Of a stretch of DNA of 64,000 nucleotides, positions 47,189 through 57,210 are shown one piece after another. The position numbers and the translations under genes are program-made. Origin of the DNA: Myxococcota bacterium (GTDB lineage Bacteria; Myxococcota_A; UBA9160; UBA6930); assembly GCA_965223415.1 (NCBI GenBank), contig OZ245002.1:2592001-2656000 (forward strand), in the 5' to 3' direction. Below the pieces are notes generated by a model. That model searched no databases, had not been told where the DNA came from, and saw only the letters and a list, made by a program, of their open reading frames with translations. Position 1 is the first letter of the stretch. The number at the start of each line of letters is the position of its first letter.

Positions 47189-48031
47189 TCACGACGCGTC
47201 CCGCGCCGCGGCGCAGGCGTCGAGGATCGGCAGGAGGTCGTCCCGCGGCGCCGGCGGAAGGCCGAAGACGACGCGATCTGCTCCGGCCGCCCGGTAGCGG
47301 GCCAGCACCTTCTCCGAGGGCGCGACGCCGTAGATGCTGACCTCGAGGCTCGCCGGCTCGCGCCCCTCCTCCTCGGCCATGCGGCGGAACGCCGGAATCG
47401 ACGCCTCGACGTCGTCCTCGCGCCCGCCGATGGGGATCCAGCCGTCGCCATAGCGCACGGCCCGGCGAGCGCCGCCGGGGAACGCGCCGCCCACGTGGAT
47501 CGGCGGGTGGGGCTTCTGGACCGGCTTCGGCCACATGTAGATGGGCTCGAAGTCGACGCGCTCGCCGTGGTACTCGGCCTCGCTCTCGGACCAGATCCTC
47601 TGCATCGCCTCGACCCGCTCCCGGAGCAGCTTGAAGCGGCCTTCGAAGGGCGTGCCGTGGTTCCCCATCTCCTCGGCGTTCCAGCCGCCGCCCACGCCGA
47701 AGAGGAAGCGGCCCTTCGACAGCTGATCCAGGGAGGCGACCTCCTTGGCGGTGTGGATCGGATCGCGCTGCACGACCAGGCAGATGCCGGTGGCGAGCTT
47801 GATCGTGCTCGTCACCGCCGCGGCACCGGCCAGGGCCACGAAGGGGTCGAGGGTGTCGTAGTACATCTTCGGGAGCTCTCCGCCCCCGGGCCATGGCGAC
47901 TTCCGCGAGGTGGGGATGTGGGAGTGCTCCGCCACCCAGAGCGATTCGAAGCCCCGCTGCTCCGCCTCCACGGCGAGCTCCGGCAGCGGGATGGCGTAGT
48001 CGGTCGGGAAGATCGTCAGTCCGAAGTGCAT
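47189..48031 (-). CDS. LLM-class F420-dependent oxidoreductase (Rv2161c-like)
   Basis: EHSHIP, DPFVAL, AKEVASLDQLSKGR, GWNAEE, PKPVQKPHPP. Confidence 0.9.
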   Translation of the reverse strand: MHFGLTIFPTDYAIPLPELAVEAEQRGFESLWVAEHSHIPTSRKSPWPGGGELPKMYYDTLDPFVALAGAAAVTSTIKLATGICLVVQRDPIHTAKEVASLDQLSKGRFLFGVGGGWNAEEMGNHGTPFEGRFKLLRERVEAMQRIWSESEAEYHGERVDFEPIYMWPKPVQKPHPPIHVGGAFPGGARRAVRYGDGWIPIGGREDDVEASIPAFRRMAEEEGREPASLEVSIYGVAPSEKVLARYRAAGADRVVFGLPPAPRDDLLPILDACAAARDAS

Positions 48032-48284
48032 GGGGCGAGTGTGCGCCAGAAGGGCGGCGACGTCCGCCCGCGCCGGCCCCGGGCGATCCGTTTCCGATGT
48101 CGTTCCGGGGTGTTGCGGCTGATCCGCGCGGACGAGTCCGGCCCCGCCTAGCCCGGTCGGCCCATGTCGGGGCGCGGGCGCCGGCCGTAGGGTGGGCTCG
48201 TCCAACGGAGAGACCACCATGCCGCACCCGCACTGACCGCAGACGAAGCGAGCCCCCGCCCGGGCTTCGACGACGCGCTCTCGG

Positions 48285-48551
48285 CGGCTCCTCCGGCGCC
48301 TCGGAGGCCGATATCACGACAGGCAGCGTGGGGAAGCGCTCGCCGAGCTGGGCGAGGGTCTGGAGCCCGTCGGGCCCCGGCATGGGGAGGTCGAGCAGCA
48401 CCATGACGAGATCCGGATGGGCCTCGGCCGCCGCCAGCGCCTCCTCGGCGCCGGAGGCCTCCAGGATCTCGGGCTCCTCGCCGAGCTCGACCAGCACGTG
48501 ACGGAGCCCCTCGCGGAAGAGCGCGTGATCGCCGCAGATCAGGATGCGCAT
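48285..48551 (-). pseudogene. Truncated NarL-type receiver domain
   Basis: MRILICGDHALFREGL..LLDLPMP..DG; similarity collapses before the conserved Lys and no HTH follows; 3' boundary approximate. Confidence 0.65.
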
Positions 48552-48564
48552 GGGCAGGGCGAGT

Positions 48565-49428
48565 CTATTGCGCGCTGCGGGATCCTCCCGGCGGCACGGC
48601 GCGGGCGCCCAGGCGCGCGCGGAGCGCGAGCAGGCGCTCCTGCACCTCCGCTCGCGCCGCGGTCCGCCGCAGGACGGCGAGCTTCGCGGCGGCCGCGTCG
48701 AGATGGGCCCGGGCCTCCTCGGCACGGCCGATCCGGACGAGCAGCTCCGCCATCTCGACCTTCCAGCCCGGGCTCTCTCCCAGCGCGGGCTCCAGGCTGC
48801 CGAGTCGGTGGACGGCGTCCGCCACGTCGCCGCGGGAGAGGGAAAGCTCGATGGCCGGGCGTTGGAGCTGGGGAATCACGCCGAGCCGTCCCATGCCTTC
48901 GTCGAGCATGTCGAGGGCGGGCCCCACCCCCTTCCGCTCCAGCTCGGCCAGCAGGCGGGAAGCCGAGACGTAGTCGCCCGGGTTCGGCCGCTTCTGGAGG
49001 GCGAAGTAGGCGCGGAAGTCCGCGAGAGCCGCCTCGGCCTCCCCGGCGTCGCGGAGGAGGAGCGCCCGATGCTCCAGGGCCTTCGGGTGGTGCGGGAAGC
49101 GGGCGAGGAACGCATCGAAGTAGGCCCGCGCCTCCGCGAGCTTCCCCATCCGGTGGTGCAGGACGCCCTGGTGGAAGGCGGCCAGGACGGGATCGCCCAG
49201 CGCCTCGGCCCTGCGGTAGTCGGCCAGCGCCAGATCGTGACGACCGTCTTCCGCGTAGGCCCGGCCACGCCGCAGGTAGAGCTGCGGGGCCCCGGGGCGG
49301 GCCTCGATCGAGACGCTCAGCGCCTCGATCTCGTGCTGGGCGCTCGGGTGGGCGACGCCGACGGCCGGAAGCCCCACCGCCAACACGACCGCCAGGAAGA
49401 CGCGCCTAACGTCTGATCGTGAACTCAT
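48565..49428 (-). CDS. Secreted TPR protein
   Basis: Signal peptide and TPR repeats; overlaps the phosphoesterase stop. Confidence 0.75.
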   Translation of the reverse strand: MSSRSDVRRVFLAVVLAVGLPAVGVAHPSAQHEIEALSVSIEARPGAPQLYLRRGRAYAEDGRHDLALADYRRAEALGDPVLAAFHQGVLHHRMGKLAEARAYFDAFLARFPHHPKALEHRALLLRDAGEAEAALADFRAYFALQKRPNPGDYVSASRLLAELERKGVGPALDMLDEGMGRLGVIPQLQRPAIELSLSRGDVADAVHRLGSLEPALGESPGWKVEMAELLVRIGRAEEARAHLDAAAAKLAVLRRTAARAEVQERLLALRARLGARAVPPGGSRSAQ

Positions 49429-50962
49429 CCAGGACGTCGCCGTTCACGTCGATGAAGCGCGAACGGAACTCGCTCCGGGACGCGTCGACCACCACGGACC
49501 CCTTTTCGGCGAGACTGAAGAAGTGCGCGGGATGCTGCAGCCAGTCGGGCAGCGTGCAGCCGAGCGTGCGTCCCGGAGGGCAGGGATCGAGTTCGTCCAC
49601 CTTGCCCGAGCTGCCCGCCACGGTGTAGACGGCCTTGTCGTCGACGCCGCTCCCGGTGCTGATCTGCCGGTACCGGTCGTCGCCCTGACCGCTCGCGCCC
49701 TGGCCCTGGGCGTCGAGCTCCGCGTGCAGCTGCACGTCGAAGGTCGTGGAGTCGCCGATGTGGCCGTTCAGGTAGTAGGAGCGCTCGTAGGAGTGCGAGT
49801 GCCCGCCGTAGACCGCGTCGACCCCGTAGGCCTCGAAGATCGGCGTGAAGACCTCGCGCATGTCGATCTCCGCGTCTTCCACGTCCGAGTCGTGGTTCTC
49901 GCCCTTGGTGTAGGGCGGGTGGTGGAAGATCACGATCGTCCAGTCGCGGTCGTTGGCGGCCAGATCGGCGACGAGCCAGTTGGCCATCGCCGACCGCTGG
50001 ACGTCGTCGCGGTTCGACAGCTGCGAGTCGAGGCTCACCACGTGGACGTTGCCGTAGTCGAAGGCGTAGTACTGCTCGGTCCCGCTCGGAACCCCACCCG
50101 TCTCGCCGGCCGTGGGAAGGCTGAAGATCTTCAGGTAGGGCGGCCCGTCGTCCACGGTGGTGGGGTCGAAGTCGTCGTAGGACTGGGGATCCGAGGAGAG
50201 GCTGGTGCCGCCCAGGATGGTCGGGATCGGGAAAGGGAAGCCCAGGAGCGGCCCCAGGTCGATCAGATCGGCGCCCATTTCGTGGTTGCCGATGGTCGGC
50301 CACACCGGGGCGTGGTTCATGATCTCCGGATAGATGTCGAAGAAGGCCCCCTGCCACTGCGCGTCGTTGCCTTCGTTGTAGGCGTTGTCTCCGAGGAGCA
50401 GGAAGAGATCGACGAGCTCCCCCCCGTTGGCGGCGTTGTAGGCGAGGAAGCCGTCCTTCACCTCCAAGGCCTCGCCGGGGTGGGTGAGGGTGACGCCGTC
50501 GCCGAGGGGCGGCCGGATGTCGGCCTCGGTGGCGGTGCCCGAATCGCCGATCAGCCAGATGTGGGTGTTGCCGTCGGAGGGCGGGTGGTTGCCGTTCGGG
50601 GCGGTGTGGAGCTGCTGATCGGGGTAGATGGCGGCGCCGGGCCCGGGCGGGCCCAGGATGTAGAAGTAGGTCTTGTCCGGGGCCAGGTTGCCGAGCAGGG
50701 CCTCCTTGTGTCCGCCGTCCGTCGCGGTCGCCGTGACGCACTTCGGCCAGGTACGCTTGCGCAGGTCGCCGGTCTTCCGGGCCCAGCAGGCCATGTCCGC
50801 TTCGCCGCGCCATTTGACGATCGCCGAATGCGCGCCGACCTGCTGGAGGAAGAGCCGCTCGGGGGGACTCGGGGCCCCCGACGCGGGGCCAGAGGGGCCG
50901 CTGGCGCCCAGCGAGAGCAACAGGGTGCAAGTCAGGAGGGCGGGCAGCAAGTGGGCGCGCAT
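49406..50962 (-). CDS. Purple acid phosphatase-like metallophosphoesterase
   Basis: GDSG, GDNAY, GNHE, FHHP, GHSHSYER; signal peptide and FN3-like N-domain. Confidence 0.9.
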   Translation of the reverse strand: MRAHLLPALLTCTLLLSLGASGPSGPASGAPSPPERLFLQQVGAHSAIVKWRGEADMACWARKTGDLRKRTWPKCVTATATDGGHKEALLGNLAPDKTYFYILGPPGPGAAIYPDQQLHTAPNGNHPPSDGNTHIWLIGDSGTATEADIRPPLGDGVTLTHPGEALEVKDGFLAYNAANGGELVDLFLLLGDNAYNEGNDAQWQGAFFDIYPEIMNHAPVWPTIGNHEMGADLIDLGPLLGFPFPIPTILGGTSLSSDPQSYDDFDPTTVDDGPPYLKIFSLPTAGETGGVPSGTEQYYAFDYGNVHVVSLDSQLSNRDDVQRSAMANWLVADLAANDRDWTIVIFHHPPYTKGENHDSDVEDAEIDMREVFTPIFEAYGVDAVYGGHSHSYERSYYLNGHIGDSTTFDVQLHAELDAQGQGASGQGDDRYRQISTGSGVDDKAVYTVAGSSGKVDELDPCPPGRTLGCTLPDWLQHPAHFFSLAEKGSVVVDASRSEFRSRFIDVNGDVLDEFTIRR

Positions 50963-51049
50963 GGCTCGGTTCCTCCGTCGGGGCGGGCCGATGCCTTCCC
51001 CGCGCCCGCGGTATCGCGGTCCCGTACCTTCCGCTGCCGGTTGCCGGCT

Positions 51050-51068
51050 ATTGCACTCACAGTGCAAT
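51050..51068. promoter_or_regulatory. Palindromic operator (probable TetR site)
   Basis: ATTGCACT-CAC-AGTGCAAT upstream of BVMO-TetR. Confidence 0.7.
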
Positions 51069-51099
51069 GTGACATCCTCCGTGTCGGGAGGCCGACGCC

Positions 51100-52896
51100 A
51101 TGACCCAGCCCGAGAGCTCCGGATTCGACCCCGACGCCCTTCGCCGCAAGTACCGGGAGGAGCGCGACAAGCGCCTCCGCGAGGACGGTAACGAGCAGTA
51201 CATCGAGGTGAAGGGCCGGTTCGCCCACTTCCTCGACGATCCCTACGTGGATCCGGGCTTCACGCGGGAGCCGCTCACCGACGAGGTGGAGGTGGTCATC
51301 GTCGGCGGCGGCTTCGGCGGGCTCCTGGCCGGCGCGCGGCTGCGCCAGGCCGGAGTGGAGGACATCCGGATCATCGAACCGGCCGCCGACTTCGGCGGCA
51401 CCTGGTACTGGAACCGCTACCCCGGCATCGCCTGCGACATCGAGTCCTACACCTACCTGCCGCTGCTCGAAGAGGTCGGGTACATGCCGAAGGAGAAGTA
51501 CTCCTACGGCAAGGAGATCCTCGACCACAGCCAGGCCATCGCGCGGAAGTTCGACCTCTACCGGGACGTCTGCTTCCAGACCCGTGTCGACGCGCTGCGC
51601 TGGGACGAGGGCGAGGCGCGCTGGATCATCGAGACGAACCACGGCGACCGCATGCGGGCGCACTACGTGTGCCTCGCGACGGGCCCCTTGAACCGGCCGA
51701 AGCTGCCGGGCATCCAGGGCATCGAGGAGTTCGAGGGCCACACCTTCCACGCCAGCCGTTGGGACTACGGCTACACCGGCGGCAACTCCGAGGGCGGGCT
51801 CACCGGGCTCCAGGGCAAGCGGGTCGCCGTCATCGGCACCGGGGCCACGGCGGTGCAGTGCGTCCCCCACGTGGGCGAGTGGGCGGAGCGGCTCTACGTC
51901 TTCCAGCGCACGCCGTCCTCGATCGACGTGAAGGACAACCCGCCGACGGATCCCGAGTGGGCCGCGTCCCAGGAGTCGGGATGGCACCAGAAGCGGATGG
52001 ACAACTTCAACTGCCTCGTGTCCGGCGTGCCCCAGGAAGAGGACATGGTGAACGACGGCTGGACGGCGATCATCACCAAGCTGCTCGTGAACATGCGCCA
52101 GGGCCAGAGCTCGGACTTCTCGCCCGAGGGCATCGCCAAGGCCGTGGAGCTCGCCGACTTCGAGAAGATGGAGGAGATCCGCGCCCGGGTGGAAGCGGAG
52201 GTGAAGGACGAGGAGACGGCGGAGGCGCTGAAGCCCTACTACCGCCAGTTCTGCAAGCGCCCCTGCTTCCACAACGAGTACCTGGAGACCTTCAACCGCC
52301 CGAACGTCAGCCTGATCGACACCCACGGCCGGGGCGTCGAGCGCATCACCAAGAAGGGCGTCGTCGTCCATGGCGAGGAGTACGAAGTCGACTGCCTGAT
52401 CTTCGCGAGCGGCTTCGAGGTGGGCACCGACTACTGCCGCCGGGCCAGCATGCAGCTCTACGGCCGCGACGGCGTCAACCTCACCGACAAGTGGTCGGGC
52501 GGCATCCGCACCCTGCACGGGATGCACGTCCACGGCTTCCCCAACTGCTTCATCATGAGCAATCCCCAGGCCGGCTTCACGGCCAGCTACCCGCACATGC
52601 TGAACGAGCAGGCCAAGCACCTCTCCTACATCATCCGCAAGGGAATGGACGAGGGCGTGCGGGCGGTCGAGGCCACCGCCGAGGGGGAGCAGGCCTGGGT
52701 CGACCAGTGCCTGGCCAGGGCGCGGGACGCCGGCGACTTCTTCGAGAACTGTACGCCCGGCTACTACAACAACGAGGGCAAGACCAGCGAGCTGAGCGCC
52801 CAGAACGGCTTCTACGGCGGCGGCTCGGTGGAGTTCATCCAGATCCTCGAGGCGTGGCGCGCGGCCGACGCACTCGAGGGCTTGGAGCGCCGCTAG
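51100..52896 (+). CDS. Baeyer-Villiger monooxygenase (type I)
   Basis: GGGFGG, GGTWYWNRYPG, FEGHTFHASRWD, GTGATA. Confidence 0.95.
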   Translation: MTQPESSGFDPDALRRKYREERDKRLREDGNEQYIEVKGRFAHFLDDPYVDPGFTREPLTDEVEVVIVGGGFGGLLAGARLRQAGVEDIRIIEPAADFGGTWYWNRYPGIACDIESYTYLPLLEEVGYMPKEKYSYGKEILDHSQAIARKFDLYRDVCFQTRVDALRWDEGEARWIIETNHGDRMRAHYVCLATGPLNRPKLPGIQGIEEFEGHTFHASRWDYGYTGGNSEGGLTGLQGKRVAVIGTGATAVQCVPHVGEWAERLYVFQRTPSSIDVKDNPPTDPEWAASQESGWHQKRMDNFNCLVSGVPQEEDMVNDGWTAIITKLLVNMRQGQSSDFSPEGIAKAVELADFEKMEEIRARVEAEVKDEETAEALKPYYRQFCKRPCFHNEYLETFNRPNVSLIDTHGRGVERITKKGVVVHGEEYEVDCLIFASGFEVGTDYCRRASMQLYGRDGVNLTDKWSGGIRTLHGMHVHGFPNCFIMSNPQAGFTASYPHMLNEQAKHLSYIIRKGMDEGVRAVEATAEGEQAWVDQCLARARDAGDFFENCTPGYYNNEGKTSELSAQNGFYGGGSVEFIQILEAWRAADALEGLERR

Positions 52897-52902
52897 GCGG
52901 TC

Positions 52903-53532
52903 ATGGCCCGCAGAGCGTCCGCTCCCGCCGTGGACGGACGAGTCGATCGCGCGCTGCGATCGCGGCTCGCCATCTGCGACGCCTGCCTGGACCTGGTCCA
53001 GGAGGGCGTCCTCCAGCCCAGCGCCGACCAGGTGGCCGAACGCGCGGGCCTCTCCCGACGGTCGATCTTCTACCACTTCACGGATCTCGCGGAGCTCTAC
53101 GACGCGGTGGTGGAGGCCGGGATGCAGCGCTGCGCGCCGCTCCTGGGGGAGATCCCGGTGGAGCTCCCGGTGGCGGAACGGGTGGCGCGGCTGGCCGAGG
53201 CGCGCTCCCGGTTCTTCGAGGCCACGCTTCCCTTCGCCCGGGCCCTCACCGCCCAGTCGTTGGTCGGCGCCGCTCGCGAGCAGGCGTGGCGGGTCTCGAA
53301 GGACGCGCTCCTGCGCCAGCGGGACGACATCGCCGCCCTGTTCGGGCGCGATCTCGCCCGGCTTCCGGCGGCGGAGCGGGCCACGACCCTCGAAGCCCTC
53401 GCGGCGGCGGCGAGCCCGTCCAGCTGGGAGCACCTGCGGCGCGGGCGAGACCTCTCGGTACCGCGGGCCCGCGCGGTCCTGGTCCGGACCTTGAGGTCCC
53501 TGCTGGAAGGCGCCGGCGTCAGGTTGGACTAG
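52903..53532 (+). CDS. TetR-family regulator
   Basis: VAERAGLSRRSIFYHF helix-turn-helix. Confidence 0.9.
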   Translation: MARRASAPAVDGRVDRALRSRLAICDACLDLVQEGVLQPSADQVAERAGLSRRSIFYHFTDLAELYDAVVEAGMQRCAPLLGEIPVELPVAERVARLAEARSRFFEATLPFARALTAQSLVGAAREQAWRVSKDALLRQRDDIAALFGRDLARLPAAERATTLEALAAAASPSSWEHLRRGRDLSVPRARAVLVRTLRSLLEGAGVRLD

Positions 53533-53563
53533 CGACCAGAACCGGCTGGACCAACGCCAGGAG

Positions 53564-55642
53564 TCAGCTTCGCCCGCGCGAGCGCAGCGCCCGGCGCCGC
53601 ACCGCCCCGAGCAGCGGCACCAGCACCGCGAGCTCGGGACCGAGGCCGCAGCTCGGCGAGCTCGGCTTCTCCTTCGCGCTGGATGCGAAGACGCAGTTGG
53701 GGTCGGGCCCGCCGAAGCCGGCCCCGTCCCAGTCGGCCAGCCCGTCTCCGTCGTTGTCGAGGCCGTCGTCGCACTGGGGGTCCTCCCGGGAGGAGGACGC
53801 CTGGGCGCAGCCGAGATCCGCCAGGTCGACCAGGCCGTCGCCGTCGTTGTCGACGCCGTCGTTGCAGGCGGGCTCCTCGGAGAAATCGTCGGCGCCCTCG
53901 CAGCCGGCGTCCGCCAGGTCGACGGCCAGATCGCCATCGTTGTCGACGCCATCGCTGCAGTGGCTCTCGCAGGCTGGAACGCCCAGGACGAGATCGTCGA
54001 CCTGGACGTCGTAGTCGCCGGTCGCCGTGAGGAGCGCGTCGAAGACGAGCAGGGTGTAGGTGCCGCTCTGGGTCAGGCTCGCCGAGTCACAGATGCCCGT
54101 GCAGGGAGCAGTAGAGCCGTTCAGCTGGAGCTGGGTACCGCCCGGCTCGTAGAGGAGCGCCTGGGGCTGGGCGATCGAGCCGAGGGAGGGTGCGAGCGTC
54201 ACGCGGACCGTCTCTCCGGCGGAAGCGAGAAAGGTGAGGGGATCCGCGTCACCCTCGACGGCAAGGGTCCCGGTCGCGGGCGTTCCGCACGAGAGGAACG
54301 TCGTTCCGTCGCCGCTGTTGCAGTAGTTCGGCGCCCGACCGTTACCGCCGCCGCCGATTCCGCCGCTCAGGGACGCCAGGGAGAGGCTCGCGTCCCCGAT
54401 CGCGTCGTGGCCGTCCTCGAACAGCACGACCCGGTAGGCCCCGTCGGCAGGCAGCGGCTCCGAGGGGCAGACGCCGTAGCAGCCCCCGTACACGTCGCCC
54501 AGCGAGACGCGGGTGCCGTCGGGCGCGAAGAGCACCGCGTGGGGAAACGCGCCGCTGGCGTTGCGCACGGCCGACGTCACCCCGACGACGTCCCCTGCGC
54601 CGGCGTTGAACCGGTAGAGGCCGGTTTCGCCGAGGCTGGCGAAGGTCGGCAGCAGCGTCTCGCCGCAGGTGAGGGGCGAAGCGGTGCTCGTCGCGGGCAG
54701 TCGGGAGTAGGTGTAGACCTCGTTCGCGGTCCGGTCGGTCACGATCAACTCAACGCCGTCCGGGGTGAAATCGAGGCCGGACTGGTCCGTGGCGGGTGTC
54801 AGCACGAGACCGGTCATCACGACGCTGAGGACACCGGTCAGCGGGTCGACCCGCACCACCTCGTCGTTGCCCGTGTCCATGACGAGGATCTCGGCACTGC
54901 GTGGATCCTCGACGACGGACATGGGGGCGGCGATCGGCGGCGTGGTGACGATCGGGGTCACGCTGCCGTCGCTCTCGACCCGCAGCACGGCGCCGCCGAT
55001 CTGGTCGGCGACGTAGACGTCGGCGGCGCCGATCGTCACGTCGACCGGCTTCTGAAGGCTGCCGTCGTCGGCGTGCACGACGGTCTCGCCCTCGGCGACG
55101 GCCGCGTCGAAGCGCCAGATCTCCTTGGGGCCGTTGGTGCCCTCGTCGGCCATCAGCCCTTCGCGGGGCAAGAGCAGCGGACCGCTGTGATGGGCCGGCG
55201 CGATGTCGATACCCATCGGATCGTCGTCGCCGCTGTGGAAGCCCGAGACCCAGGTCTGGCGGCCGGTCGCTCCGAAGGCGGTTCGGAAGATGAGCCCGCT
55301 CTGCGTCTCCGAGTGGAAGATGGCGCCGTCGAAGGGATCGATGGCGACTCCGGTCGGGCGATAGGCGGTGGAGATCAGGGTTGCGGAGCCGTTCTCCTCG
55401 ATCCGGTAGAGGCCCCCGCCCAGCGTGTCGGGCTTGAGGCGGACGAGGTAGAGGCGACCGTCGAAGGGGTGGAAGCGCGCCGCCTGGGCGTCGCTGAACG
55501 AGTCGGTGCGGGCCAGGCTCCAGCCGGCCTCGACCAACGCGGGGGTGGCCATCGCCGGGGCGGACAGCAGTGCCGTCAGGAGGACACCGGTGAGCGTGCT
55601 CCGGATGCCCGTGGATCGGCTGCGGTGAGAGCTCGCGGTCAT
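53564..55642 (-). CDS. Secreted surface protein: beta-propeller, PPC-like domains, Cys/Asp repeats and C-terminal sorting signal
   Basis: Signal peptide; three CxDGxDNDGD repeats; SCGLGPEL-TM-RRR tail. Confidence 0.8.
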   Translation of the reverse strand: MTASSHRSRSTGIRSTLTGVLLTALLSAPAMATPALVEAGWSLARTDSFSDAQAARFHPFDGRLYLVRLKPDTLGGGLYRIEENGSATLISTAYRPTGVAIDPFDGAIFHSETQSGLIFRTAFGATGRQTWVSGFHSGDDDPMGIDIAPAHHSGPLLLPREGLMADEGTNGPKEIWRFDAAVAEGETVVHADDGSLQKPVDVTIGAADVYVADQIGGAVLRVESDGSVTPIVTTPPIAAPMSVVEDPRSAEILVMDTGNDEVVRVDPLTGVLSVVMTGLVLTPATDQSGLDFTPDGVELIVTDRTANEVYTYSRLPATSTASPLTCGETLLPTFASLGETGLYRFNAGAGDVVGVTSAVRNASGAFPHAVLFAPDGTRVSLGDVYGGCYGVCPSEPLPADGAYRVVLFEDGHDAIGDASLSLASLSGGIGGGGNGRAPNYCNSGDGTTFLSCGTPATGTLAVEGDADPLTFLASAGETVRVTLAPSLGSIAQPQALLYEPGGTQLQLNGSTAPCTGICDSASLTQSGTYTLLVFDALLTATGDYDVQVDDLVLGVPACESHCSDGVDNDGDLAVDLADAGCEGADDFSEEPACNDGVDNDGDGLVDLADLGCAQASSSREDPQCDDGLDNDGDGLADWDGAGFGGPDPNCVFASSAKEKPSSPSCGLGPELAVLVPLLGAVRRRALRSRGRS

Positions 55643-55757
55643 GGGGGAGCGGGGAATTGTACCAATGGTCGTGGGGAATGGGGCCCCCTAAACCCTCGCC
55701 AGAGTTGCGTATTCCTGATCTCCAATTGAGTTGAAACATATGAATTATTTTTCTAAG

Positions 55758-55774
55758 ATGATTGTTCGAATCAT
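55758..55774. promoter_or_regulatory. Palindromic operator in AT-rich divergent promoter region
   Basis: ATGATT-GTTCG-AATCAT directly before the AAGGAG SD. Confidence 0.6.
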
Positions 55775-55788
55775 GAAGGAGACCTCCG

Positions 55789-57210
55789 ATGTCCATTCGC
55801 GCGCTGCTGATCGTTCTGGGCCTGCTGCTGGCCGGCGGGGTGACGGTGCTGCTCACCTCCGAGCGCGCCCAGAAGGCCGCCAGCTTGCGAGCGGCCGAAG
55901 CCATCGGCGACGTGGCGGCCGGCCGGCTCGCCGAGGCGACCGCCGGCGAGGGCGAAGGCCAGCACGAGCGCTCCGCCGACCTGATCAACGTCCCGATCGA
56001 GGTCGTGAAGCTGAACGACTTCGTCTACCAGGCCCGCGGCGTCGGCAACACGCACCTGATCACGACGAGCGAGGGCCACGTGGTCTTCGACAACGGCCTC
56101 GTCCTCCAGGCCGCGAAGCAGAAGCGGCTGCTCGACGAGGCGGCGCCGGAGGCGCCGATCACCCACGTCGTCCTGAGCCACTCCCACCAGGATCACGTGG
56201 GCGGCACGAGCTTCTGGACCGAGGAGGGCACGGAGATCGTCGCCCACTTCGAGTTCCCGGAGGAGCAGCGCTACCTGAAGGAGCTCGGCCCCTACCTCCA
56301 TGCCCGCAACCGCACCCTCTTCCCCTGGCTCCCGGAGGAGCTTCCGAGCCTGGGCCCGCTCGACTACGGCCACATCGTGCCCACCACCCTGGTGCGCGAC
56401 GGCGAGCCCCTGCGCTTCGAGCAGGGCGGCGTGCGCTTCGAGGTGCTGCCGACGCCAGGGGCCGAGGGCGCCGACAACCTCTGCCTGTGGCTGCCGGACC
56501 AGAAGATCCTCTTCAGCGGCGACTTCTTCGGCCCGCTCTTCCCGCAGTTCCCCAACGTCTTCACCATGCGGGGCGAGAAGGTCCGCAAGCCCGTCGAGTA
56601 CATCGAGTCCCTCGAACGCCTGATCGCCCTCGAGCCCGAGATGATCGTGCCGAGCCACGACGCGCCGATCTCCGGCAAGGAGAGGATCCGCGCCGACATG
56701 GTCCGCATGCGCGACGCCGTCCGCTTCGTGCACGACGCCACCGTCGCCGGCATGAACGCCGGCAAGACGGTTCACGAGCTGATGGACGAGATCGTTCTGC
56801 CGCCGGAGCTCGAGCTGCGCCAGGTGCACGGGCGCGTCTCCTGGGCGGTGCGAAGCATCTGGGAGTACTACGCCACCTGGTTCCACTTCGACACGACCAC
56901 CGAGCTCTACCCGGTGCCGGACACGGCGGTGTTCGCCGATCTCGCCGAGCTGGCCGGTGCCGACGCGGTCGTCGAGCGAGCGCAGCGCTACGTGGCGTCG
57001 AGCCAGCCCGTATTCGCGCTGCACCTGCTGGACGTCGTGCTCGGCGCCGAGCCCGACCACCGGGGCGGGCTCGAGACCCGCAAGGAGGCTCTCGAGCTGC
57101 TGCTCCGGGAGGCCGAGGCGGGGCTTCGCAACTCCTACGAGATCGACTTCCTGAAATCGCGGCTGCGCGCGACGGAAGAGCGCCTCGGTCCCTCCGGAGG
57201 CCCGGCGTGA
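55789..57210 (+). CDS. Alkyl/aryl-sulfatase-like metallo-beta-lactamase (SdsA-like)
   Basis: HSHQDH, GD..FPNVFTMRG, PSH, HGRVSWAVRSIW..WF dimerisation region. Confidence 0.85.
   Translation: MSIRALLIVLGLLLAGGVTVLLTSERAQKAASLRAAEAIGDVAAGRLAEATAGEGEGQHERSADLINVPIEVVKLNDFVYQARGVGNTHLITTSEGHVVFDNGLVLQAAKQKRLLDEAAPEAPITHVVLSHSHQDHVGGTSFWTEEGTEIVAHFEFPEEQRYLKELGPYLHARNRTLFPWLPEELPSLGPLDYGHIVPTTLVRDGEPLRFEQGGVRFEVLPTPGAEGADNLCLWLPDQKILFSGDFFGPLFPQFPNVFTMRGEKVRKPVEYIESLERLIALEPEMIVPSHDAPISGKERIRADMVRMRDAVRFVHDATVAGMNAGKTVHELMDEIVLPPELELRQVHGRVSWAVRSIWEYYATWFHFDTTTELYPVPDTAVFADLAELAGADAVVERAQRYVASSQPVFALHLLDVVLGAEPDHRGGLETRKEALELLLREAEAGLRNSYEIDFLKSRLRATEERLGPSGGPA

Noticed and set aside
47145..48725. 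526-aa response-regulator ORF in the track
   Set aside because: Only the first ~85 codons from 48551 are receiver-like; the rest is read-through over the LLM gene in another frame
53690..53960. Tandem GTCGTTGTCGA-containing repeats, considered as a CRISPR or DNA repeat
   Set aside because: They encode the CxDGxDNDGD protein repeats; degenerate at third positions, with no spacers or cas genes
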